Source: an uncultured Planctomycetaceae bacterium (lineage in GTDB: Bacteria > Planctomycetota > Planctomycetia > Pirellulales > Thermoguttaceae). Taken from it: DNA of 26,418 nt. The stretch spans positions 5,051 to 31,468 of the forward strand of contig CAYXPN010000017.1 in assembly GCA_964467075.1 (NCBI GenBank), read 5' to 3'. Position 1 is the stretch's first letter; each line of letters starts with the position of its first letter. The notes under the pieces are model-generated. The model was given only the letters and a program-made list of their open reading frames with translations. It did not search any database and was not told where the DNA came from. The position numbers and the translations under genes are program-made. Below, piece after piece: positions 1-6,961 of the stretch.

Positions 1-141
1 CTCGCGTCCGCCCACGCCCCCGCTCATTCGGCCACGACTTCAGCGTGGCCCTCCAATTCATTTGGGTGCCTGGAGGGACGCGGTCCCTCGCGTCCGCCCA
101 CGCCCCCGCTCATTCGGCCACGACTTCAGCGTGGCCCTCCA
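1..141. repeat. Two tandem copies of a 55-bp unit (1-55 and 87-141; period 86 bp). Each contains the hairpin ggccacg-acttcag-cgtggcc.
   Basis: Direct reading: ctcgcgtccgcccacgcccccgctcattcggccacgacttcagcgtggccctcca occurs identically at 1-55 and 87-141. The window begins inside the array, so more copies may lie upstream. Confidence 0.85.
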
Positions 142-165
142 TGGATGCTGCTCGGCATGTTGGCG

Positions 166-657
166 TCACACGCGCCCGCTAATGGCCGTCTCCAACAATT
201 GAAACTGCTTGACCAACAGCGACAGCGCCAGGTTGTGTTGCACCTGGTTCTTGACCATTTCCGTCACCTGGTATTCCATGCCCACGTTGTCCAGGTCGTG
301 GCGGAGGATGGTCTTGGGATGGCGGCTCACCTCGGCCAGCATCTCGGCCGGACTGCTCTGGGCCGCGGTCGCACCCGGACCCGCGGCAGCCGCCCAACCC
401 GGCGAATGGGCCATCAGTTCCCTCAGCGCCGCGTCCGCCGGACCGCTGTCGCCGGTCGTGCCCGCTGCCCGTCTGGTCGCGGCCAGTGCGTCGCGCAGGC
501 GGTTCTGGAAGTCGTCGACCGACAGGTCCCGCACCTGGTAGCCCGGCGTGTCCAGGTTGGCGATGTTACCGGCCAACACGGTATGGCGTCGCTGGGCGAA
601 CTGGACGACCTGTTCGAGCAGCGAGACGGTCGGCGGGTTCAACACACCGGGGTTCAT
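166..657 (-). CDS. flgB: Flagellar basal-body rod protein FlgB
   Basis: 163-aa ORF with the FlgB N-terminal signature ...VLAGNIANLDTPGYQ... (NIANxDTPGY rod-protein motif). ATG at 655-657 preceded by agagga. It lies downstream of, and on the same strand as, the sigma-54 regulator. Confidence 0.82.
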   Translation of the reverse strand: MNPGVLNPPTVSLLEQVVQFAQRRHTVLAGNIANLDTPGYQVRDLSVDDFQNRLRDALAATRRAAGTTGDSGPADAALRELMAHSPGWAAAAGPGATAAQSSPAEMLAEVSRHPKTILRHDLDNVGMEYQVTEMVKNQVQHNLALSLLVKQFQLLETAISGRV

Positions 658-992
658 CGCCTGGTTCCTCTGGCTTCCCGCTCAGTGCAAGGCCCATGCC
701 CGACCGCCGGGCGGTCGCACGCTTTGTGGCGGCCTAATGACAGGCGGCAAGGGCGCAACTTCAATCCGGCCAATTGCTTGTGACTTGGCGTGCCCATTCA
801 TGCGCTGAACACCGCGGCCCAGGCCGTTCGGCCGCTTTTTGCGGCACCGGCAATCCCTGCGCCGGGCGGTTCGGCAGAATCTGCCGATCGCCGCAGCCTG
901 GCCCCCGCGCCAAGCCGCCGGTGCCGCACTCGGCGCCATGCGATTTGCGGTCGTGAACCGGCCGGGGACCGGCGCTGTTGTCGGGGAAATGC

Positions 993-2411
993 TCATTGCG
1001 ATCGCGAAAAGCTCTTCTCGCGCGGTGCATAGCCGTATTGGCGCAACTTGCCGCTCAGCGTGCGCACGCCGATGCCCAGGGCCTTGGCCGTGCGCGCCCG
1101 GTGGCCGTCGAAGTGCTCCAGCGTGGCTTCGATCAAGCGGCGTTCCATCTCCTCGAGGCTCAGGCCCACGGGGACGTCGGTCTTGGTGTGCTGCGTGGCC
1201 TTTTCCACAGGCGGCATCAACCAGCGGCGCAACTGGTCCGCGGAAAACCGTCCGCCGTCTCCCAGCACGCTCACCCGCGTAATCAGGTTTTCCAGCTCCC
1301 GCACATTGCCCGGCCAGCGGTACTCCATGAGCAGTTCCATGGCACCGGCATCCGGCGTGCAGGGCTCGCGTGCCAGGCGCCGGGCGGCCCGGGCCGAGAA
1401 AAAGCCGAGCAGCTCGGGGATATCTTCGCGGCGCTGGCGCAGCGGGGGCACGTGGATCGGCAGCACCGCCAGGCGGAAATAAAGGTCTTCGCGAAACCGG
1501 CCCGCCGCCACTTCCGCGGCCAGGTCGCGGTTGGTCGTGGCGATCACGCGCACATCCACGTGGATCGTCCGGCTGGCGCCGACCCGCTCGAAACATTTCT
1601 CTTGCAGCACGCGGAGCAGCTTGGCCTGAAGGTGCAGATCGATCTCGGTCACTTCGTCCAGCAGGATCGAACCGTCGTGGGCCATCTCGAACCTGCCGGC
1701 GCGCGGGGCGACCGCGCCGGTGAACGCGCCGCGTTCGTGACCGAACAGCTCGCTTTCCATCAGGTGGTCGGAGAGCACCGGGCAATTCAGGCTCACCAGC
1801 GGACCCCGGCTCCGATCGCTGGCCGCGTGCAGGCTGCGTGCGACCAGCTCCTTGCCCGTGCCGCTTTCGCCGGTGATCAGCACGGTCTCGGGCGTGGGCG
1901 CGACCTGGGCGATGCGCCGGCGCAGGGCGGCCATCGGCGCACTCGATCCGATCATCACCGGCGCCTGGGTTGCGCCGCCCGGCGCGTCCGGTTGCTCGCG
2001 GTCGAGCAGGCGCCCGTGGCGAAGCGCCTGGGCCACGAGCCGTTCGAGCTGTTCGGCCGAAAAGGGTTTCTCGATGTAGTCGAACGCCCCGTGGCGCATG
2101 GCCTCGACCGCGGTGGCCACCGACGCATGGGCCGTGACCATCACCACGCGCGCCGCACAGCGGCGCTGCTCGAGCTGGACGATCAGCTCCAGGCCGCTCA
2201 TACCCGGCATCTTCAGGTCGGTCACAATGCACTCGTAGGCGTGCGCTGCGATCAGGCGCAGCGCCTCGGCGCCGCTGGAGCAGCAATCCACCTCGTGGCC
2301 GCAGCGCTGCAGCACGTCGGCCATGGACTGGCGCGCCTGGGCGTGATCGTCGACCACCAGCACCCGGCCGGTGGCCACGGCAGCGGTCGGACTCGGGTTC
2401 GATCCACTCAT
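993..2411 (-). CDS. Sigma-54-dependent two-component response regulator (NtrC/FleR/FlgR-like: receiver + AAA+ sigma-54 activator + Fis-type HTH)
   Basis: N-terminal receiver (VLVVDDH...DLKMPGMSG). Central AAA+ domain with Walker A (ITGESGTGKELVARSLH), the GAFTGA motif (ERGAFTGAVAPRAG) and EVTEIDLHLQAKLLRVLQE. C-terminal HTH (RTAKALGIGVRTLSGKLRQYG). Its ATG overlaps the upstream kinase stop (ATGA). Confidence 0.92.
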   Translation of the reverse strand: MSGSNPSPTAAVATGRVLVVDDHAQARQSMADVLQRCGHEVDCCSSGAEALRLIAAHAYECIVTDLKMPGMSGLELIVQLEQRRCAARVVMVTAHASVATAVEAMRHGAFDYIEKPFSAEQLERLVAQALRHGRLLDREQPDAPGGATQAPVMIGSSAPMAALRRRIAQVAPTPETVLITGESGTGKELVARSLHAASDRSRGPLVSLNCPVLSDHLMESELFGHERGAFTGAVAPRAGRFEMAHDGSILLDEVTEIDLHLQAKLLRVLQEKCFERVGASRTIHVDVRVIATTNRDLAAEVAAGRFREDLYFRLAVLPIHVPPLRQRREDIPELLGFFSARAARRLAREPCTPDAGAMELLMEYRWPGNVRELENLITRVSVLGDGGRFSADQLRRWLMPPVEKATQHTKTDVPVGLSLEEMERRLIEATLEHFDGHRARTAKALGIGVRTLSGKLRQYGYAPREKSFSRSQ

Positions 2412-3261
2412 CGAGCAGCCTCCCGGGCGGCCGCGGGAATGCGCAGGGTAAACGCCGCGCCGCCTTGCGCTGGATTGCGCACCGAAACCTCGCCGCCGTG
2501 GACTTCGGCGACGCGCGCGACGATGGTCAGGCCCAATCCGGTGCCGCCCTGCTTGGTGGAATAGAACGGCTCGAAGACCCGCTGCACCGCCTCGCTGCTC
2601 AAGCCCGGCCCCGTGTCGGCCACCTCCAGCGTCACGTCGCGGGAGTCGAACGCCGCGGCGATCGACAGGCGCCCTCCCTCGGGCATGGCGTCCAGGGCAT
2701 TCAGCGCCAGGTTGAGCAAGGCCCGGCGATACATGTGGGGATCAGCCGTGATGAAACGATCGCGGGGCACACGGCAGCGCAGCTCGATCTGCTGGGCTTC
2801 GAGCTGCGGAGCCAGCGACGAGCAGACCTCCTCGACCAGGCGTGCCAGGCAGAAGGTCTGCAACTGCGGGTCGCGATCCGAGGTGAAGTGCAAGAGGTCG
2901 TTCACCGTAGCGTCCAGGGCCGTGAGGCCCGCGGCGATCTTGTCCACGATCTCCTGGCCCTCCCGGTCCTGGTCGCAGCGCCGCCGCAGCAGACTCAGGT
3001 AGAGGGTCACAGGCACCAGGGTGTTGCGCACTTCGTGGGCCACGTGGGAGGCCACCTGGCCGAGATCGGCCAGGCGGTTCTTACGGGCCAGCTCGCGGTT
3101 CTTGCGTTCCAGCTCTTCGTTGAGCCGGTGGACTTCCGCGCGCAGGGTCTCGTGGGTCTGCTCCAGGCGCAGCGTGGCCGTGTGCCAGGCGGCCAGCACG
3201 GTTTCCAGGTCCGCGCTGGCGTCCAATTGGCCGGCTGCGGCGAGTTTTGCGTCCGTGGTCA
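2408..3261 (-). CDS. Cytoplasmic sensor histidine kinase (HisKA + HATPase_c). No transmembrane or sensor domain, as in FlgS/FleS.
   Basis: H-box HVAHEVRNTL, N-box LNLALNALDAM, G-boxes DTGPGL and GGTGLGL. The N-terminus is a ~60-aa coiled coil only. I chose the start at MTTDAK (ATG at 3259-3261). The longer ORF to 3556 would read through a repeat element. The stop overlaps the RR start (translational coupling). Confidence 0.85.
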
Positions 3262-3267
3262 TCTTTC

Positions 3268-3435
3268 GCCTCGCGCTTACGACTCCGACGAACGGTAGCC
3301 ACGCTCGCCAGAGCGTGGGACGACACTTACGAACGCCCTGCAAGAAGCAGGTCGTCCCACCGTCTGGCTTTCGGCGGCTCCAACTGGAACTCTCCTTGTC
3401 AGACACACCCTCGCGCTTATGACTCCGACGAAAGG
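3268..3435. repeat. Composite palindromic (REP-like) element flanked by 27-bp imperfect direct repeats (3268-3294 and 3409-3435)
   Basis: cctcgcgcttacgactccgacgaacgg and cctcgcgcttatgactccgacgaaagg (2 mismatches) flank a 114-bp core. The core contains the hairpin ccacgctcgccagagcgtgg (3299-3318), a 9-bp stem tgggacgac/gtcgtccca, and block ccgtctggctttcggcggctcc. Both hairpin and block are reverse-complement matches to the copies at 9927-9995 and 11280-11365. Confidence 0.85.
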
Positions 3436-3851
3436 TCGATCTGGTGCATCTTCTCGGCCGGGCCCGCGGTATAGGCCCCGCGCGCCTGGTCGGCCAGGTG
3501 GGCGCCCTGCAGGCGTCGGGCCGCCTCGTCCCGGCGCCGGCGCAGGGCCTGTTCACACAGCTTTTCCTGGCCGATGATCTCGGCCAGCAGGGCCTCGCTT
3601 TCGTCGATCTGTGCGGCGCACCTGGCCCGCGCCTCGGCGCTGCGCCAGCGGCGCTCTTCCGGGGCCTGGCCGCGGAAGGGATCCAGGGCGCGTTCGATCT
3701 CCTGCAACTCGATGAGCACGCGCTGCTTGGCGGCCAGCAACTCGAGCAGGCCCGCCATCTCGTCCGCTTCGATCAGCTCGTACTGGGCCCGACCCATTTC
3801 GCGCAGGCGCGACAAAGCGTCGCGCTTGCGTGCCACCAGGTCGGCCAGCAT
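3417..3851 (-). CDS. Small coiled-coil protein, possibly a FlgN-like flagellar chaperone (hypothetical)
   Basis: 144-aa ORF from the ATG at 3849-3851 (MLADLVARKRDALSRLREMGRAQYELIEADEMAGLLELLAAKQRVLIELQEIERAL...). The heptad-like Leu/Glu pattern resembles FlgN-family proteins. The flagellar context (flgB, FlgSR-like two-component system) supports this. The longer ORF up to 4706 overlaps the TPR gene and is rejected. Function assignment is weak. Confidence 0.45.
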   Translation of the reverse strand: MLADLVARKRDALSRLREMGRAQYELIEADEMAGLLELLAAKQRVLIELQEIERALDPFRGQAPEERRWRSAEARARCAAQIDESEALLAEIIGQEKLCEQALRRRRDEAARRLQGAHLADQARGAYTAGPAEKMHQIDLSSES

Positions 3852-3931
3852 CTCGGTCTCATGTTCACTTACCACCAGGCCGGCTCCACTGCTCGCGTGT
3901 GTCGTTGGTAGTCCCGGTGAGATCAGCCATT

Positions 3932-6409
3932 TCAACTTCCCGCCAGTTGGTCCAGCAACCGGCTCCACTCGTCGCGCGTGTAGTTGGTCGTTTTGCCAAA
4001 ATCGGCCTGGGCGTCCAGCCGCGCCAGCACCACCTTGGCCTGCTCCAGCGCCGTGCGCGCCTCGCGCGCCTGCCCCAGCCGGCGGTAGGCCCGGGCCATC
4101 TGCACGTAGGCTTCGAGCACCTCGGGCTGGCGCTGATAGCGGATGGTGGCCGCCCGGTAGGCCCGGATCGCACTTTGGTAGTCGCCCAACTCGAACTGCG
4201 CGGCCCCGCGCGCGAAATAGCAGTTGCGCAAGACAGCCTGCTGGAGGGCCGTGAGCTCGTGGGTCTGTTGCCGCTGTTCGAGGTCGTCCAGCAGTCGGGC
4301 GTAGGCGTCGGCGGCCTCGACGAGCCACTGGCGCACCTGCTGCTGCTCCGCGGTTTGAACGCCGGGTTGCGGGCCCAGCGCACGGCGCGCCGCCACCGCG
4401 TGCCGAAAGGAGCACTGGGCGGCCAGAAAGCGGGCTTCGGTGGCCTGGGGAACGTCGGGATAGCGCTCGACCGCTTCGCTGAGCCGCTGGGCCGCTTGTT
4501 CGTAGTGCCCCTGCACGTATTCCAGTTGGCCCAGGGCGAACAACGATTCGCGCCACTCGCGGCTGGCCGGAGTGAGCAGCTCGCCGATCAGGTTTTCGCG
4601 CAGCAGCGCCTCGGCCTGGTCCAACTCGCCGCGTTCGATATGCGCCCGGGCGGCCAGCAATCGGGCGCGATAGGTGGCCGCGTCGCGCGCGTGATACGTC
4701 AGGCAATCGTCAAAGGCCTGCAAGGCCTCGTCCACCTTGTCCAGGGCCAGCAGGGCTTCGCCCAGAGAGACCAGCGCCAGGGCATGGCGGTTGCGCGTCT
4801 GGTCGGCCAGATAGCTGCGCAAGACGGTCACGGCGTTGCGATAGTCCTGCCCGGCGAGAAACGCCTCAGCCGCCTGCCAAAGATGCTCTGAATAGCTGGG
4901 CGTGGTCACTTCCAGGCGCGCAAGATACATATGAAACTGGGCAGCACGGCGCAGGCGCTCGCGCGCCTCGCGGCGCAAGGCTTCGGCCTGGTGCGGCGGC
5001 GACTGCTCGGCCTGGGCCAGCAGCGACTCGGCCCACTGCCGGCACGCCTCGGCCGAAAGCTCCGCCGCACGGCTGCGCGCAAACAGCGGATGAAACACGC
5101 GCGCCAGTTGCAGCGCCACCTCGAAACGCTGCGTCTCAAGATAGTGCTCATACGTGGCCAGCATCTGCCGGCGCAACTCGTCCAGCGGCAGCCAGGGATT
5201 GCGATAAGCGGCCGGATCGGGAACCGCCTGGAGCAACGCGCGATAGACCGCCAGCGCCTCGGCGTCGCGCCCGGCGCGGCGGGCCAGCTCCGCCTGGTGA
5301 AACGCGGCGGCCAGACCTTCGGGCCACTGCGCATGCAGCTTGCGCACCCGCTCCAACTGGGCCCATGCCGCGCGCCGGTCGTTCATCTCCAGGAAACACA
5401 CGCCGATCAGGTACATCGCCTCTCGGGTGGCACGATTCTCCAGCGTGTCGCGACTCTGGGCCTGGCGCAACGCCTTGACCGCCTGCTGGTACAAGGCGCG
5501 CGCCCGCAGGCGCGCCTCGGCAGAAACCAGCGGATCGCGCGTCAGGGTGCGGGCTTGGGCCATCAACACCTGGGCGCGCACCACCAGGGTCTCGCCCCGG
5601 TGGGCGGACTGGGTCGACACCGCGTCGAGTTGCTCCCGGCACTCGTCAATCCGCTCCAGGCGCAACAGAATTCGGGCCCGCTGCAACAGGGCCTCGTCGC
5701 GCTGGGCGGTCGAAAGGTCGGGCTGGGCCAGCAACTGGGAGTTGTACTGGAGCGCCTCGTCCAGCTTTGGTTCGGCGTCGTCCGCACTGGCCGCGGCCAG
5801 CAGGTAGTAGGTCTGCGCCCGCTGCTCGGGACAGGCCTTGAGCGCCTCGCGCAGCACGACCCGACTGGGCGGCACGCGCTCGCCCAGATACAGACACTTG
5901 CCCAACAAGAACAGCCCCGCGCCTTCTCGCCCGGCCGGAAAGCCGCGGTCCCGGGCCTCTTCCAGATAGCGGGCGGCCAGCAGGTAGCGTGTCGAGCGCT
6001 CGGGTCCCCATGTCTGGTCGGCCTCGCGCGCAGCAACCACACCCAGCACATACGGCGGACCGCCCCATTGCTCCAGCGGCAAGGTGCCGGCCGATTGCAG
6101 GACGCGGGCCATGTCCGCGGCCTCGTCCAGCTCACCCCGGTCCAAGGCCGTCAAGACGTCGGCCAGCTCGGGCGGCGGCTGACGGTTGTAGCTGACCGCG
6201 ATCAGGTACCAGAGCACTCCCACCACGCTGAGCGAGACCAGACCCGCGCCGCCCACCAGCGCCGCGCGCACCGGATGGGCGCGCGCAAAGGCCCGAGCAG
6301 CCGCGGACAGACCCGACAGACGCTGGCCCATGCTCGGCTGCTCGCCGGCCTCGGCGGCCTCCGCGGCCTCGAGCGCCTCGAGGAATTCGGGGCTGAGTTG
6401 GTCCGGCAT
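3932..6409 (-). CDS. Membrane-anchored TPR-repeat protein (825 aa, single N-terminal TM helix), unknown function
   Basis: Long ORF. N-terminus has an acidic stretch then the hydrophobic helix VRAALVGGAGLVSLSVVGVLWYLIAV. The remainder is rich in A/L/R/E/Q helical repeats with TPR-like periodicity (AxxLY, LGxxYxxxGxYxxA motifs such as ALGQLEYVQGHYEQAAQRL and ELGDYQSAIRAYRAA). Confidence 0.75.
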   Translation of the reverse strand: MPDQLSPEFLEALEAAEAAEAGEQPSMGQRLSGLSAAARAFARAHPVRAALVGGAGLVSLSVVGVLWYLIAVSYNRQPPPELADVLTALDRGELDEAADMARVLQSAGTLPLEQWGGPPYVLGVVAAREADQTWGPERSTRYLLAARYLEEARDRGFPAGREGAGLFLLGKCLYLGERVPPSRVVLREALKACPEQRAQTYYLLAAASADDAEPKLDEALQYNSQLLAQPDLSTAQRDEALLQRARILLRLERIDECREQLDAVSTQSAHRGETLVVRAQVLMAQARTLTRDPLVSAEARLRARALYQQAVKALRQAQSRDTLENRATREAMYLIGVCFLEMNDRRAAWAQLERVRKLHAQWPEGLAAAFHQAELARRAGRDAEALAVYRALLQAVPDPAAYRNPWLPLDELRRQMLATYEHYLETQRFEVALQLARVFHPLFARSRAAELSAEACRQWAESLLAQAEQSPPHQAEALRREARERLRRAAQFHMYLARLEVTTPSYSEHLWQAAEAFLAGQDYRNAVTVLRSYLADQTRNRHALALVSLGEALLALDKVDEALQAFDDCLTYHARDAATYRARLLAARAHIERGELDQAEALLRENLIGELLTPASREWRESLFALGQLEYVQGHYEQAAQRLSEAVERYPDVPQATEARFLAAQCSFRHAVAARRALGPQPGVQTAEQQQVRQWLVEAADAYARLLDDLEQRQQTHELTALQQAVLRNCYFARGAAQFELGDYQSAIRAYRAATIRYQRQPEVLEAYVQMARAYRRLGQAREARTALEQAKVVLARLDAQADFGKTTNYTRDEWSRLLDQLAGS

Positions 6410-6596
6410 GGCGTGCCGTCAGAAAATTGAGGGAGGTGGAAAGGGAAAAGCCGACCGAACGCGGCTGCCCCGCGGGCGCGCATGGGGGAAACCCGGCACG
6501 CGGGGCCGTCTAATGCCGATCCGGCTCGCCGGCCGCGCGCACGCGCAAACCCGCACGTGCCCGTTGGGGCTGGGGATGTCGAGGAAAAGGTGCGGC

Positions 6597-6627
6597 TATC
6601 TAGCGGAAAGCGGGCAGACGTGTCAAT
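6597..6627 (-). promoter_or_regulatory. Candidate sigma-70-type promoter for the TPR operon (minus-strand reading TTGACA-17 nt-CTAGAT)
   Basis: The reverse complement of 6597-6627 reads ttgacacgtctgcccgctttccgctagat. That is a perfect -35 hexamer, a 17-nt spacer and a 4/6 -10. It sits ~180 nt upstream of the TPR start codon. Sequence-motif inference only. Confidence 0.3.
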
Positions 6628-6859
6628 GCACGTTTGGGAGGGATTTTCTGCTTGTCTTGCCCGCTTTGTCAGGGCGTGCGCGTGTTTCCGATACTCACCT
6701 GCTTGGCCGGCATGCCCTGTTTATCTAAAAGAAAAGGTGACAGGTACATATATGGGGGATTTTGCGAAGACTGGGAAACCTCGGAAGCACAACGAAGTGT
6801 CTATCGGCAGCCTGCTTTGCCCAAACTCGCCATTATATGCGCCTGTCACCTTGCTTTGC

Positions 6860-6945
6860 TTGGGAGGGCGAGGCTCCCGCCGAGCCGAAGAAGCAATCGA
6901 AAGTTACGGCAACGCGCGCGGCTCGGCGGGAGCCTCGCCCTCCCA
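6860..6945. terminator. Perfect 28-bp-stem inverted repeat (tgggagggcgaggctcccgccgagccg / cggctcggcgggagcctcgccctccca, ~29-nt loop) immediately 3' of the sulfatase gene. Likely a transcription terminator or insulator hairpin.
   Basis: Read directly. The arms are exact reverse complements. Located 17 nt downstream of the sulfatase stop (6962) on its strand. No clean U-tract follows, so an intrinsic-terminator call is tentative. Confidence 0.5.
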
Positions 6946-6961
6946 AACCGTGAAACCCTAT

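Noticed and set aside
1-141. Possible CRISPR array (identical repeats separated by unique 31-bp spacer-like sequence)
   Set aside because: The repeat unit is 55 bp, longer than known CRISPR repeats. Only two copies are visible. Each contains a REP-like hairpin. There are no cas genes in 26 kb. More consistent with a REP/BIME-type tandem.
145-783. 212-aa plus-strand ORF overlapping flgB
   Set aside because: It is antisense to the clearly recognisable FlgB coding sequence and its composition is low-complexity.
658-992. Sigma-54 (-24 TGGCAC / -12 TTGC) promoter upstream of flgB or elsewhere in the window
   Set aside because: I scanned both strands by eye. Partial matches (tggcgtgcccattcatgc at ~788; TGGCAC boxes at 8843, 22336, 22396) all lack a correctly spaced TTGC. 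No call is made. flgB may be co-transcribed from further upstream.
978-2564. Long ORFs antisense to annotated genes (e.g. 978-2564 +, 4931-6430 +, 6482-8905 +, 13471-14985 -, 16735-18819 -, 18111-20294 +, 23265-24425 -, 24531-26093 -)
   Set aside because: These are typical stop-codon-poor artefacts of ~70% GC DNA. Their translations are Arg/Pro/Gly/Ala-rich low-complexity strings. Each lies opposite an ORF with clear domain signatures and GC3 bias.
2408-3556. Extended 382-aa version of the histidine kinase ORF
   Set aside because: The extra 99 N-terminal residues would be translated through the REP-like repeat cassette and are Arg/Pro-rich. The MTTDAK start gives a canonical coiled-coil-DHp-CA kinase.
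3417-4706. Extended 429-aa version of the FlgN-like ORF
   Set aside because: Its 5' two-thirds overlaps the TPR gene out of frame and is compositionally junk (RPG-rich). The internal ATG at 3851 gives a compact coiled-coil protein that fits the intergenic space.
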